From Candidatus Poribacteria bacterium (lineage in GTDB: Bacteria; Poribacteria; WGA-4E; WGA-3G), in contig OY282386.1 of NCBI GenBank assembly GCA_958295945.1, forward strand, positions 2,906,204 to 2,970,203: 64,000 nucleotides of DNA, read 5' to 3'. Position 1 is the first letter of the stretch, and every line of letters begins with the position of its first letter. Positions 8,946 through 19,836 of the stretch are shown here, one piece after another. Made by a program: the position numbers and the translations under genes. The notes under the pieces were generated by a model, which did no database searches, was not told where the DNA came from, and was given only the letters and a program-made list of their open reading frames with translations.

Positions 8946-8969
8946 GGGCAGGGGAACCCTGCCCCTACG
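8946..8969 (-). repeat. REP-like element copy 2: stem gggcaggg/ccctgccc, GAA loop, then CTACG
   Basis: Same architecture as copy 1, with compensatory stem substitutions (CGAG->CAGG paired with CTCG->CCTG). It lies 48 nt upstream of the secreted-protein gene at 9017. Confidence 0.55.
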
Positions 8970-9016
8970 ATTTAGGTTAATTTGGTATTATACTTGATAT
9001 AGCGAGGTACAACTAT

Positions 9017-10330
9017 ATGTATAGCTTAAAAAGATTTCTCCAATTAATGTTAATGATGGTTTTCTTTATGCTGCTTCTTACAACAGCATCAGCACAATAT
9101 CTTCTCATCCCAATGGATAATGTGCAGACAAACCACCTGAAAGCCTATGGATTGACCTATTGGGCATTGGAAGTGCCGCGGGAATACAGTTGTTACTGGT
9201 GGCTGAACTATCGTGGTGGATCGTTTGTTACTCCTGATGCTGCGGATGTGAAACTACGAGCAGCACAGATGGGTGTTACTTTTGAAACGTTGAGTGCTGT
9301 TGAATATCAGACAATCAAAGAGAGCCTCATTGAAACAAGTAATATGGATGAGATATTACTTGAAAAAGCACCAAAGATTGCTGTGTATGCACCACCTGAA
9401 GCGTCTCCATTTCAAGATCCTTGGGACGATGCGGTGAAAATTGCTCTGGATTACGCTGAGATTTCTTATGACCAAATTTGGGACAATGAGGTGCAACGAG
9501 GTGCTCTACACACGGAAGGTTACGATTGGTTACATCTGCATCACGAAGATTTTACTGGACAGCACGGCAAATTTCACGGTTCATTTTCACACCAAGTATG
9601 GTATCAACAACGGATGGCACTATTTGAGAAAACTGCAAAAGAATCAGGTTTTAAAAGCGTATCACGCCATAAAGGGCAAACTGCACTGGACATTGCAGAT
9701 TATGTAGCAAAAGGTGGATTTATATTTGCCATGTGTTCTGCCCCTGAAACGCTGGATATTGCCTTAGCATCAAAGGGTGGTACGCTTGATATTGTTGATC
9801 CTGTGTTAGATGCTACACCGCTTGCTCAGGATTTTCAAAAGAAATTGGACTTTGAACACACATTTGCATTTGAGAATTTTACACTCTATCCAAACCCGAA
9901 CAAATATGAATTTTCTGATATTGATAATCCGAATCCTGATATGAGTCCACACACGGGGGTTGAGGATTTCAAACTCTTTGAATTTTCTGCGAAACATGAT
10001 CCGATACCAACAATGTTGACACAAAACCACGTCTCAGAAGTGCCGGGTTTCCTTGGACAAACAACATCATTTAATAAGAACACGATAAACCGATCAGTCA
10101 CGATTTTAGCCAATATTGAAGGCACAAACTATGTCAAATATGTTCATGGCACATTGGGAAAGGGTACATTTACATTTCTCGGTGGACATGACCCAGAGGA
10201 TTACCGCCATCTTGTCGGTGAAGGAAAGATACCAACCAATCTTGACCTGCATAAGCATTCACCCGGTTATCGGTTGATATTAAACAATATCCTGTTCCCT
10301 GCCGCTCGTAAAAAACCACAGAAAACCTAA
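9017..10330 (+). CDS. Secreted hypothetical protein (437 aa), possibly with a class-I glutamine amidotransferase/DJ-1-like fold
   Basis: The N-terminus has a signal-peptide-like hydrophobic stretch (MMVFFMLLLTTASAQ). An internal GGFIFAMCSAPETLD carries a candidate nucleophile cysteine. Assignment is weak. Confidence 0.4.
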   Translation: MYSLKRFLQLMLMMVFFMLLLTTASAQYLLIPMDNVQTNHLKAYGLTYWALEVPREYSCYWWLNYRGGSFVTPDAADVKLRAAQMGVTFETLSAVEYQTIKESLIETSNMDEILLEKAPKIAVYAPPEASPFQDPWDDAVKIALDYAEISYDQIWDNEVQRGALHTEGYDWLHLHHEDFTGQHGKFHGSFSHQVWYQQRMALFEKTAKESGFKSVSRHKGQTALDIADYVAKGGFIFAMCSAPETLDIALASKGGTLDIVDPVLDATPLAQDFQKKLDFEHTFAFENFTLYPNPNKYEFSDIDNPNPDMSPHTGVEDFKLFEFSAKHDPIPTMLTQNHVSEVPGFLGQTTSFNKNTINRSVTILANIEGTNYVKYVHGTLGKGTFTFLGGHDPEDYRHLVGEGKIPTNLDLHKHSPGYRLILNNILFPAARKKPQKT

Positions 10331-10404
10331 TAGCCGTCAGTATTCAGTTTCAGTCAAGAATCCTCTTTTTAAAGAATCCTGAAAACTAATAACTGACAAC
10401 TATA

Positions 10405-12516
10405 ATGAATATGAAAGCAACACTCGCAACCTGCAACTTGAATCAGTGGTCACTTGATTTTGAGGGTAACTGTGAACGTATCATTGAGTCAATTGAACGT
10501 GCGAAAGCAATAGGTGCTCGCTACCGACTCGGTCCTGAACTGGAAATCTCAGGTTATTCTTGTGAAGACCATTTTTTGGAGGAAGACACGTTACGGCATA
10601 GTTGGGAAACGCTTGCACAAATCATAATCGGTGGTCATACTGATGGTATCTTGTGCGACATAGGTATGCCTGTGATGCACAAAAGTGTACGTTATAATTG
10701 CAGAGTATTTGTCTGTGATGGTAAAATACTACTCATCCGTCCCAAAAAGACACTCGCTGCTGAAGGGAACTACAGAGAACCGCGTTGGTTTGCAGCTTGG
10801 CAGAAGGGATGGACAACCGAACCGTATCAGTTACCACCTGAAATCCGTGAAATCATTTCACAGTCGTCAGTGCCGATAGGATGTGCAGTCATCGTGACTA
10901 ATGATACAATCTTAGCTTCTGAGACCTGTGAAGAACTATTCGCGCCGCATTCACCCCATATTGACCTTGCTGCAAACGGTGTTGAAATTATTGCTAATGG
11001 GTCAGGTTCACATCACGAACTACGCAAGCTTGATACGCGTTTATCTCTGATATGCAATGCTACTGATAAATGCGGAGGGATTTACCTATACGCAAATCAA
11101 CAAGGGTGTGATGGAGGTAGACTTTACTTTGATGGATGTGCCTCCATTGCTCAGAATGGACACATTCTTGCACAGGGATCACAATTTTCTATAAGCGATG
11201 TTGAAGTGGTTTCAGCAACTGTTAATCTCTCAGATGTGCGGTCATATCGTGGTTCAAGAATGAGTGGTGCGGTACAGGCAAGTCAAAGTGTTTCAATTCC
11301 ACAAATAAATGTTGATTTTTCGGTGACCGATAGTAAAATACAAAGTGTTACCATACCGAAGGTTGATCCCAACATACATACACCTGAAGAGGAGATCGCA
11401 CTTGGTCCTGCCTGTTGGCTATGGGATTATCTTAGACGATCTGAAGCTGGAGGATATTTTGTGCCACTATCAGGTGGATCGGATAGCGGTGCAGTTGCGA
11501 CTCTTGTCGGGTCTATGTGTCAACTGGTTGCAAAATCAATTTTATCTGATGTACAACATGTAATAAGTGATGTTGAACGATTGCTTGGTAAAGATTGTGT
11601 AAGAACTATCAAGACAAAGTATAAGGACCCTTTTCTTGCTTCACAGCATCTTGCGCATCAACTTCTATATACTTGTTATATGGGAACTGTAAACAGTTCT
11701 CGTGAAACGCAGCAACGTTCAAAGCAGTTGGCAAGTGAGATCGGCAGCTATCATCTAAACATCAATATAGATACGCTTGTAAATGCGCTGCAAAAGTTAT
11801 TCACTGGTATCACTGGTAAAACACCTCAGTTCAAGACTGAAGGTGGCAGCACTGTTGAGAATCAAGCATTACAAAACATACAGGCACGACTGCGGATGGT
11901 CATCAGTTATCTATTTGCACAGACCTTGCCGTGGGTTCGCAATAAGCGTGGCACGCTTCTCGTCTTAGGTACTGGTAATGTTGACGAAGCATTGCGTGGG
12001 TATCTCACAAAATACGATTGCAGCAGTGCAGACATCAATCCGATAGGTAGTATCAGTAAAACGGATCTTCGTAGTTTTCTAAGATGGGCACAGAAGAATC
12101 TCGGGTATCCAAGCCTTGGTGATATATTGGAAGCACCACCGACAGCTGAGCTGGAACCAATTACGGAGACCTATACGCAAACAGATGAAGATGATATGGG
12201 TATGACTTATGCGGAGTTGAGTCGTTTCGGTCAGTTACGGAAAGTGCATCGGTGTGGACCTGTCAGTATGTTTGAAAAACTTGCTCAGGAATGGAATCAT
12301 CTTCCGCCAGACGAAGTGGCAGAAAAGGTGAAAAAGTTCTTCCGGTATTATGCGATTAATCGGCACAAGATGACAACTCTAACCCCTTCATACCATGCAG
12401 AACCGTACTCACCAGAAGATAACCGATTTGACCTTCGTCAGTTTCTATACAACACACGTTGGAGTTGGCAATTTAAGAAGATAGATAGGATGTGCGAGGA
12501 GATGCAAGACGAATGA
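10405..12516 (+). CDS. nadE: Glutamine-dependent NAD(+) synthetase (N-terminal nitrilase/CN-hydrolase domain plus C-terminal NAD synthetase domain), long eukaryote-like form (703 aa)
   Basis: The N-terminal carbon-nitrogen hydrolase region contains ...[13 protein letters not shown].... The PP-loop [13 protein letters not shown] sits in the C-terminal synthetase domain. The length matches the Qns1/NADSYN1-type. Confidence 0.8.
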   Translation: MNMKATLATCNLNQWSLDFEGNCERIIESIERAKAIGARYRLGPELEISGYSCEDHFLEEDTLRHSWETLAQIIIGGHTDGILCDIGMPVMHKSVRYNCRVFVCDGKILLIRPKKTLAAEGNYREPRWFAAWQKGWTTEPYQLPPEIREIISQSSVPIGCAVIVTNDTILASETCEELFAPHSPHIDLAANGVEIIANGSGSHHELRKLDTRLSLICNATDKCGGIYLYANQQGCDGGRLYFDGCASIAQNGHILAQGSQFSISDVEVVSATVNLSDVRSYRGSRMSGAVQASQSVSIPQINVDFSVTDSKIQSVTIPKVDPNIHTPEEEIALGPACWLWDYLRRSEAGGYFVPLSGGSDSGAVATLVGSMCQLVAKSILSDVQHVISDVERLLGKDCVRTIKTKYKDPFLASQHLAHQLLYTCYMGTVNSSRETQQRSKQLASEIGSYHLNINIDTLVNALQKLFTGITGKTPQFKTEGGSTVENQALQNIQARLRMVISYLFAQTLPWVRNKRGTLLVLGTGNVDEALRGYLTKYDCSSADINPIGSISKTDLRSFLRWAQKNLGYPSLGDILEAPPTAELEPITETYTQTDEDDMGMTYAELSRFGQLRKVHRCGPVSMFEKLAQEWNHLPPDEVAEKVKKFFRYYAINRHKMTTLTPSYHAEPYSPEDNRFDLRQFLYNTRWSWQFKKIDRMCEEMQDE

Positions 12517-14156
12517 TAACCCTTAATTCTTCAGTTGTATATAGGAAATTAAGCGTTCTTCTTTTCTCTATTTTCTTATTCTTGCTATCTGTCTTGCTAT
12601 CAGTATACGCTACTCCAAATATTCCAAATAACTTTGATGGTTGGGTGATTGACACGTTGTATAAACTTGAGGTTTCTGGTGTTACAGGTGGTTTTCATCG
12701 GCACACATTGCCGCTTTCGCGTGAGGATGTCGCAATGATTGTCCGAACTGCAGATAAACGTGTCCAATCTGGAGATGTCACTATATCTGACATAGACAGA
12801 AAACTCTTAGAAAAACTCAAACGAGAATTCTACAATGAGTTAGTCCAGAAAAATCCCAAAGCTTCACAAAAAACTGTACTACAAAGAACAGCCTTAATTA
12901 TTGAACCCGAATTACGTATGGCTAATGAGGAGATTGCACCTGCGCTTCAAAGTGGACTGCATTTCGTTATTGGTAAAGATAGTCACAGATTGAACATATA
13001 TTCTGAATTGGAAATATCCAATTTTGAACAGCGACAAGATTTTTTAGAAAGTTATTATCTACCGGTTCCACCACCCCTTTTGAAATCTGCAGACCAACGG
13101 TATGAGAAATGGTATTGGGATTATGTAGTTGACTTCAAACGAAGTTATGTTGAATACAATCTCTCATTCTCCGAAAATGCGAAGATAAATCTACTCTTTG
13201 GAAGAGATTCTGTTTATTGGGGTGCGAGTCCTATCAAGTCTGTCGGAATATCTGATAACTCCCCACCGTTTGAACTTGTCCGTCTCACTGGAACAATCCC
13301 TTGTAAGATCGGCACACTCAAAGCAACTGCGTTTTCAGCACAACTCAATTCAACATGGTATGATGACAGCACTACACGTTACCTTGCGAAACGCTATCTT
13401 AGCGCGCATCGGGTGGACTATCAATTTAGTGATTGGCTTGAAATAGGTGTATCGGAATGGGTGCTTTATGGTGGAGATGTGGAGTCAGTCAGATGGTACT
13501 ATCTCAATCCTATAATCCCATATTATGCGGTGCAATATAATGCAAAGAATGACGACAATTTGATGCTGAGTTTTGATTGCGCAGTGCGACCGATTGATGG
13601 TGTACGTTTATATGCAGAGTGGCTTGCCGATGATTTTCAGTACCAATCCGATTCCAATGACCCGCATGCGGTAACCTGGCTTACTGGTGTGGAGTGGTAT
13701 CCAAAGTTTGCAGACCGACAACTCGGTTTTCTCACAGAATATGTGCGTGTCAATCGTTGGACATATACACATCTGGAACCTGATAACCAGTTCACACACT
13801 TCGGCACAATGATTGGACATCCGATAGGCACGGATGCTGATTTACTCACGTTTCGTGCGTCTTATCATGCAACACCTTCTGCAGTCTTTGAGGGGAGTCT
13901 TAGCCATCAACGAAACGGTGAAGCAGACATTACTGATCGGTTTTACGGTGAAGATTTTGAGAACATACCTTTTCCATCTGGAATAGTTGAACGGTTAACT
14001 GAATTTCGACTTGGTTGGAAATATAGTCCGATAAATGGGGTTAAAGGTACTATCAACTACGCATGGCGGCATATTCAAAACAGAGAACACGTTGAAGATG
14101 ATACTGATCAACAACACCGATTTGTTTTTATGATTGCTTATGCATGGGGAAACTAA
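12492..14156 (+). CDS. Outer-membrane protein, capsule-assembly Wzi-like (tentative); true start probably downstream of 12492
   Basis: Hydrophobic N-terminus. [16 protein letters not shown]...[11 protein letters not shown] resembles the Wzi N-terminal helical region, and [18 protein letters not shown] resembles the Wzi WWGPG region. The ORF overlaps nadE by 25 nt, so the start is uncertain. Confidence 0.4.
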   Translation: MRGDARRMITLNSSVVYRKLSVLLFSIFLFLLSVLLSVYATPNIPNNFDGWVIDTLYKLEVSGVTGGFHRHTLPLSREDVAMIVRTADKRVQSGDVTISDIDRKLLEKLKREFYNELVQKNPKASQKTVLQRTALIIEPELRMANEEIAPALQSGLHFVIGKDSHRLNIYSELEISNFEQRQDFLESYYLPVPPPLLKSADQRYEKWYWDYVVDFKRSYVEYNLSFSENAKINLLFGRDSVYWGASPIKSVGISDNSPPFELVRLTGTIPCKIGTLKATAFSAQLNSTWYDDSTTRYLAKRYLSAHRVDYQFSDWLEIGVSEWVLYGGDVESVRWYYLNPIIPYYAVQYNAKNDDNLMLSFDCAVRPIDGVRLYAEWLADDFQYQSDSNDPHAVTWLTGVEWYPKFADRQLGFLTEYVRVNRWTYTHLEPDNQFTHFGTMIGHPIGTDADLLTFRASYHATPSAVFEGSLSHQRNGEADITDRFYGEDFENIPFPSGIVERLTEFRLGWKYSPINGVKGTINYAWRHIQNREHVEDDTDQQHRFVFMIAYAWGN

Positions 14157-14179
14157 GGTATAAATAAGGAATTATCCAC

Positions 14180-14851
14180 ATGCTGAAGATAACAAGACGC
14201 ATACTCATAAGACTCATTTTATGTGCAGTTCTAATCGTTGGATTTGTCGTGTTTGTCCGTGATTTGAACGGAGTGCGACTCCTTGTACTTTCACCCAAAA
14301 TATTGAAATATCGTCCTGTGATACAAGAACATGCTGCTATGCATCAATTGGATTGGCGACTTATTACTGCCCTGATTGTGCAAGAATCTGGGTTTGACGA
14401 GAATGCCGAGAGTCATGCAGGTGCGATGGGTTTGATGCAACTGATGCCAGATACGGCAAAAGAGCTTGGTGTTACTGACCCATACAACGCTAATGAAAGT
14501 ATCGCTGGTGCGACACGTTATTTCCGCAGTTTATACGACCTGTATCCTAACAGTTCACATCCGAATCGTGTTCGTATTGCTTTGGCAAGTTATAATGGAG
14601 GACGTGGACACATCAAGGATGCTCAACAGATTACTGCACACAGACATGATGACCCAAATCAATGGGAGTGTCTCAGCAAAAGTCTTGTCCTGCTTACAGA
14701 AAAAGATAAGGTATTACATAGGAACGTGTGGGAGGCAGGTGTGCCACCGCACGGCTATTTTCAAGGTTATCCTGAGACACTTGACTATGTTGATCGGGTC
14801 ATTCGTTATTATCAAAGGCTGTGTTATTATTCTAAGTTAATTCACAGATAG
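14180..14851 (+). CDS. Lytic transglycosylase (SLT domain)
   Basis: Canonical SLT motifs ESGFDENAES, AMGLMQLMP and YNGG, plus an N-terminal membrane anchor. Confidence 0.8.
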   Translation: MLKITRRILIRLILCAVLIVGFVVFVRDLNGVRLLVLSPKILKYRPVIQEHAAMHQLDWRLITALIVQESGFDENAESHAGAMGLMQLMPDTAKELGVTDPYNANESIAGATRYFRSLYDLYPNSSHPNRVRIALASYNGGRGHIKDAQQITAHRHDDPNQWECLSKSLVLLTEKDKVLHRNVWEAGVPPHGYFQGYPETLDYVDRVIRYYQRLCYYSKLIHR

Positions 14852-15110
14852 AAATATATCTAAGTATTAGGTTATGGAGATTGTGAGATTTCAGAATAAT
14901 AGACTGCGATAAGTATTAACTATAGTTCGGCAAGTTTCATCCTGTCAAGAAGTATTGATAATATATTGAAAGGATACCCTCTTTTCTGCCTTTTGTCACT
15001 CAGAAAAATAAAACTGTCCAAACCATTTATATATAGAGAGAAAATAACATGCACTCCCTATCTAATAAGTTGCATGTTATGTCTTAAATGGTCTGATTGA
15101 TATTTTGCTC

Positions 15111-16259
15111 CTATTCGGGTATTGCTTCAATTATTTCATTCAATGCATGTGGAATTCCATCAGTCATTCCTCTAACACCTACACTTTTTACAGGATTACG
15201 GTTTCCATCAAAGCGAAGGATGGTTGTAGCACCTTCGTAGTCGGTGATGGCAGATATTGCATCTCGGATTGCGGTTGGATCATCTGCTGAACCTACCATC
15301 TCTATTACCATTGCTAAAATCTGCATAGCATCATAACTTGTTGCAGCAACGCCATCAACTGAATTGTATTTCTCCATATAAGCGGAATTAAAAACTTCCG
15401 CATCTGGATCTAAGTTTGTACAAAAGTGTCCGTCAACAGGTGCATTATCTTGCAAAGTGGTAGACATAAGTGGATCGTCCCAACCATCACTACCGATAAA
15501 GGCGGATACAATCTCCATATCCCGTGCCTGTTTCATAATCAATGGATTTGCAGCTGGAAAACTTGCAAGAAGAAGGACATCAGGATTTGCTTCTTTGACT
15601 GCTGTAAGTTGTGTATCAAACACCATATCGCTACTCTGATAAGTTTGTTCAACGACTATCATACCACCAAGTTCTTCAAAACTAGATCTGAAAGACTCCA
15701 CAAAACCCTCAGAATAAACATCCATGTTTTGCCAAATCATTCCTGCAGTCTCGTATCCAAGATCTTCTATGGCAACCTTAGCAAGAAGTTTTGCTTGCAG
15801 TACATTTGAACCAGCAATGAGAAACATTAGATCTTTTGGATCTGTTTCATCTGCTGTTACCTCGGCTCTTGTTGCACCCAATAGAACTGGTACAGTTGCT
15901 ACAGGACCAACTTTCACAGCATGACTTGAAAAGAGCGGACCTAAAATAGCAACAACATTATCAACTTCAACCAATTCAGTTGCAGATTGGACTATGGTTT
16001 CAGTTGTTTCCTGTTTAAAGATCAACTCAATCTGCATACCGAGAACGCCACCTGCTGCATTGATTTCGTCTCGTGCGAGTTCAGCACCCTTTCCAAAACT
16101 GGTATAATTCGGTTCTGGATGAATTAACCCAACTTTTAGCGTCGGCATTTCGTCATCTATTGGTGGAAGCATATCCTTCATTCTTTCACACCCAGAAAAC
16201 ACCGCAACAGTGAGTACGAGAACTATGTACAGCGTCAACCCAAAAATTCTTGTGTTCAT
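15111..16259 (-). CDS. ABC transporter substrate-binding lipoprotein, type-I periplasmic-binding fold (LivK/branched-chain-amino-acid-like)
   Basis: Signal plus lipobox (..VAVFSGC). LKVGLIHPEP...GAELARDEINAAGGVLGMQIELI is typical of Leu/Ile/Val-binding-type SBPs. Confidence 0.65.
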   Translation of the reverse strand: MNTRIFGLTLYIVLVLTVAVFSGCERMKDMLPPIDDEMPTLKVGLIHPEPNYTSFGKGAELARDEINAAGGVLGMQIELIFKQETTETIVQSATELVEVDNVVAILGPLFSSHAVKVGPVATVPVLLGATRAEVTADETDPKDLMFLIAGSNVLQAKLLAKVAIEDLGYETAGMIWQNMDVYSEGFVESFRSSFEELGGMIVVEQTYQSSDMVFDTQLTAVKEANPDVLLLASFPAANPLIMKQARDMEIVSAFIGSDGWDDPLMSTTLQDNAPVDGHFCTNLDPDAEVFNSAYMEKYNSVDGVAATSYDAMQILAMVIEMVGSADDPTAIRDAISAITDYEGATTILRFDGNRNPVKSVGVRGMTDGIPHALNEIIEAIPE

Positions 16260-16480
16260 ACAATTTCTCCCAATTTTCTTATGAGGGTTTTACACAACTA
16301 ATGATTTGATCAGGCTGCACGATAACCCTCTGCATCGCGCATTTTGCTATCAACTTTCATCTATGATAACAATTTGCAAAAAAATAATCAAGAATATTGT
16401 CTTTTGTGGGGTGTGTGTAAAGTATTTGTCACATCATCCCATTATAGTAGATTTTGAAAGGACTTGAACACTCTGCATCA

Positions 16481-16506
16481 GCGAGGTTAGAAAACCTCGC
16501 CTACCG
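16481..16506 (-). repeat. REP-like element copy 3: stem gcgaggtt/aacctcgc, AGAA loop, then CTACCG
   Basis: Same stem-loop-plus-CTAC(C)G architecture in the 340-bp gap between the SBP and ATPase genes. Confidence 0.5.
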
Positions 16507-16602
16507 TGGGTCGACAGTGTCAACTTATATTTATAATTCACTATAAAGTCTACTATATTCGGACACCTGTTGACTCACTGGACTTATGTGTGACAGAAAC
16601 CA

Positions 16603-18129
16603 TTACTCACAATTGGTTAAACCAAGCATTAGTTTTCCCAATTCTTGATGATTTGTTTCGTTCGGTATTACTACACCAACGATCACGCCATTAAACATTA
16701 CTGCAATCCTATCAGAGAGTTCAAGTAGTTCGTCCAACTCAGAAGAGACAAGTATTATCGCTTTTCCACGATTACGCGCTTGAATAAGCCTTGTATGAAC
16801 AAATTTTGCAGCATGAATGTCCAATCCGCGTGTTGGATGTGCAGAAATAATCAACGTTGGATCACCAGATAACTCACGAGCGACAACAACCTTCTGCTGA
16901 TTCCCACCTGATAACGTGCTAATTGGATCGTATATATTTCCAACCCGTATTTGATACTTATCCAATGCATTCATAGAGAATCGCCGAATATTTTCTGTAT
17001 GTAGTATTGCGTTTCGTAAAAACAGATTTTGTGTATGTCTTCCTATGATAAAGTTCTCATCGATGCGATTATTCAGACTTACACCGTGTCGGTGTCTGTC
17101 CGCAGGTAGATGTGCGACTTTTCTCTTACGGAATTCTGCTGGTGATGCATTGGTGACAGATTCACCGTTAAATGTAATATATCCTTTGTCTATCTTACGC
17201 AATCCGGTTAGCATTTCAACAAGTTCTGTCTGTCCATTGCCTTCAACGCCAGCGATGCCGACAATTTCGCCTGAATACACATCAAGTGTAATCCCGTTTA
17301 GTAACCTTTTAGAAGTATCAGATGTCACTGTAATATCATCTAATCTTAGTATTGGACGATTTTGCTCTATATCCTTTCGTTCAATAGCGTTCTGTGTTAC
17401 AGGTTCTCCAAGCATGAGTTCCGCTAACTCATGTGGATCTGTTTCTGATACAGACCGGGTAGTGATAGATTTTCCGCGTTGCATGACTGTCACAGTATCT
17501 GCTATCGTCATTACCTCGTTGAGTTTGTGTGTAATGATGATAATACTCCTGCCTTCCTTTTTCAGACCACGCATACAATCAAATAATCCTTCAATCTCTT
17601 GTGGAACAAGTACTGCTGTCGGTTCATCCATAATCAGTATTTCTGCACCGTGGTAAAGGACTTTAAGGATTTCTGTATGTTGTTGTGCCCCAATTGGCAG
17701 CGATTCAATTGAAACATTTAATTGGACATCAAACCCAAGTTCATTTGAAAGTTCTATGATTTCTTTTTCAGCTTCATGATAGTCAATTAGAGTTCCATAT
17801 TTTCGTGTTTCCTTTGCTAAGATAATATTCTGAAGTGCGGTAAAAGTAGGTATCAAAGTGAAGTGTTGTTGGATCATTCCTAAACCGAGTTGCATTGCCT
17901 GTTTTGGAGTAGAGATATTAACAGATTGTCCATCAACATATATTTGTCCAGAATCCGGTTGTTGCAGTCCGTAGAGAATATTCATCAAAGTCGATTTACC
18001 TGCACCGTTTTCACCTACGATAGCATGAATTTCACGTTGGTTGAGTGAAAAATCCACATTTTCGTTTGCTTGCACAAGTCCAAATCTCTTGTTGATGCTG
18101 CGCATCTCTATTACGGGAATCTGTGACAT
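16603..18129 (-). CDS. ABC transporter ATP-binding protein with two fused ABC domains (sugar/nucleoside importer type)
   Basis: Two Walker A sites (GENGAGKST and GVEGNGQTE-type), signature LSGGNQQK and Walker B ILIMDEPT; 508 aa. Confidence 0.8.
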   Translation of the reverse strand: MSQIPVIEMRSINKRFGLVQANENVDFSLNQREIHAIVGENGAGKSTLMNILYGLQQPDSGQIYVDGQSVNISTPKQAMQLGLGMIQQHFTLIPTFTALQNIILAKETRKYGTLIDYHEAEKEIIELSNELGFDVQLNVSIESLPIGAQQHTEILKVLYHGAEILIMDEPTAVLVPQEIEGLFDCMRGLKKEGRSIIIITHKLNEVMTIADTVTVMQRGKSITTRSVSETDPHELAELMLGEPVTQNAIERKDIEQNRPILRLDDITVTSDTSKRLLNGITLDVYSGEIVGIAGVEGNGQTELVEMLTGLRKIDKGYITFNGESVTNASPAEFRKRKVAHLPADRHRHGVSLNNRIDENFIIGRHTQNLFLRNAILHTENIRRFSMNALDKYQIRVGNIYDPISTLSGGNQQKVVVARELSGDPTLIISAHPTRGLDIHAAKFVHTRLIQARNRGKAIILVSSELDELLELSDRIAVMFNGVIVGVVIPNETNHQELGKLMLGLTNCE

Positions 18130-18196
18130 TGTTATTTACCTATTCTGAAAATACAACTTATTTGATATGATTGGGATAATTCATTGCTGTCAATCA

Positions 18197-19369
18197 TCAT
18201 CTTTTTGCAAAGCATTTGCGATATAACGCGATGATTTCTTCTTGAGTTGTTTGTCTTGGATTGTTGGCTGGACTTCCACTTGCAATTGCATCCGCAGCCA
18301 TTTGCTCCACAACTTTTTCAAACCTCTCTTCATCAATACCGATTTGTCCGAGACGCGGCATATCAATATCGATGACAAGTCGTTCAACAGCAGTAATCGC
18401 AGCATCTGCTTGTTTCATTAGCGATAATCCGTCTATCTGTTCACCCATTGCTTCTGCTATGTCAGCGAACCGTTGCGGAGCACCGACAACACTAAACTCC
18501 ATTACATCAAGCAACAGCACTGAATTTGATAAACCGTGATGAATGTGAAAATATGCACCTATGGGTCGGGACATGCCGTGCACTAACGCAACAGACGAAT
18601 TGCTGAATGCCATGCCTGCGATAGATGCACCGATCATCATATCTGTTCGTGCTGAGATGTTCTCTCCATCAGACCATGCTTGACGAAGTGAACTTGAAAT
18701 CAGTCTTATTGCTTTCAATGCAAGTGTGTCGGTTATCGGTTGTGAGTGCTTTGAGACATACGCCTCAATTGCGTGCGTCAAGGCATCAACACCGACAGCT
18801 GCGGTCAGATGGGGTGGTGTTGTGAGTGATAGCGTTGGATCTACTATGGCAATAGAAGCCAGTAGACAAGCACTGCTCAGCATCATTTTAACGTTGCGTT
18901 CTGTGTCTGTTATAACGGTTACTTTGGATACTTCGCTACCTGTTCCTGCAGTGGTTGGTATTGCAATTAGCGGGGTACCCTGATTTGGGATTTTGTCTAT
19001 ACCCATGTAATCTGTGAATTCTCCATCATTTGTGAGTTTGACAGAGATACCTTTGCCGCAGTCAATCGCGCTGCCGCCTCCGATACTCACAATTAAATCG
19101 CAGTTTTCGTCAGCAAATTGGTTTACCCCATCTGTAACATTTTGTAATGTCGGATCGGGGGTTACATCTGCGAAAATAGTGGAGATTATGCCAGAGTTGT
19201 ATAAGTTTTTGGCTATTTGGTCAGCATACCCAAGTTTTTGGATTCCTGGATCTGTGACAATGAGTGCTTTGGTTGCACCGAGCCGTTTTGCTTGTTCACC
19301 AACTTTTTCGGATGCACCTGCACCGGTGATTATTGTGGAAGGGAGTGAGAATGTGGTAGGCAATTTCAT
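18197..19369 (-). CDS. Iron-containing (group III) alcohol dehydrogenase
   Basis: GGGSAIDCGK and the metal-binding His cluster (...HGMSRPIGAYFHIHHG...) match the Fe-ADH family; 390 aa. Confidence 0.8.
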   Translation of the reverse strand: MKLPTTFSLPSTIITGAGASEKVGEQAKRLGATKALIVTDPGIQKLGYADQIAKNLYNSGIISTIFADVTPDPTLQNVTDGVNQFADENCDLIVSIGGGSAIDCGKGISVKLTNDGEFTDYMGIDKIPNQGTPLIAIPTTAGTGSEVSKVTVITDTERNVKMMLSSACLLASIAIVDPTLSLTTPPHLTAAVGVDALTHAIEAYVSKHSQPITDTLALKAIRLISSSLRQAWSDGENISARTDMMIGASIAGMAFSNSSVALVHGMSRPIGAYFHIHHGLSNSVLLLDVMEFSVVGAPQRFADIAEAMGEQIDGLSLMKQADAAITAVERLVIDIDMPRLGQIGIDEERFEKVVEQMAADAIASGSPANNPRQTTQEEIIALYRKCFAKR

Positions 19370-19466
19370 TTTCCAAATTTAAGTATTTCAAACAGAATTT
19401 CTAATGTTTTATTACTAACTTGAATCTTTATATTGATAGCGTTTTCAGGTATGATCAATACCATAC

Positions 19467-19798
19467 CTATCGTAACGTGAGTTTGATATAAAGGTTAGAA
19501 AAACCGATACAATATATAACATTTATCACAGATTTGATGACGGGCATGTTCTGGCATTCCAGTGGAGTGCTATGTCTATAGAAAATCCAAACACAAAGTT
19601 CTTGCACTCCAGCGGAGTGCTATGTGTGATAATCTCACATACCGCTCCGCTGGAGCGGAAACACTGGTTCGGATGAATACTATAAACATATTGCTCCGCT
19701 GGAGCAAAGAAGGTGTTTGGGTTACGTTGGAACTGCTTTAGTTTAATTGAATTCCCCTGATGAACCAATCTCTTATATTCGAACTCACGTTATCGTAG
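19467..19798. mobile_element. MITE-like structured element (~330 bp) with 21-bp imperfect terminal inverted repeats and internal direct and inverted repeats of a CTCC-N3-GGAG core
   Basis: TIRs are 19467-19487 (ctatcgtaacgtgagtttgat) and 19778-19798 (ttcgaactcacgttatcgtag), matching 16/21 in reverse complement. Internal 27-bp direct repeats lie at 19554-19580 and 19604-19630 (22/27). Inverted copies (ctccgctggag) lie at 19645-19655 and 19694-19704. The element is non-coding. Confidence 0.4.
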
Positions 19799-19836
19799 AT
19801 TTGTACCATTTATGAGGGAAACTATCCTCTATAAAG

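Noticed and set aside
12492-12540. Annotated start of the Wzi-like gene overlapping nadE by 25 nt
   Set aside because: The overlap in a different frame with a hydrophobic signal beginning further in suggests the real start is a downstream ATG (about 12513 or later). The feature coordinates were kept as given but flagged.
17045-17656. 203-aa ORF on the plus strand
   Set aside because: It lies entirely antisense within the well-supported double-ABC ATPase gene. It has low-complexity Ser/Cys-rich composition typical of a shadow ORF.
19554-19710. Possible CRISPR array (repeated gcaYtccagYggagtgctatgt units)
   Set aside because: Only two direct copies plus two inverted partial copies. The spacing is irregular and the whole region is bounded by inverted repeats. 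A MITE-like or regulatory palindromic element is the better explanation. No cas genes in the window.
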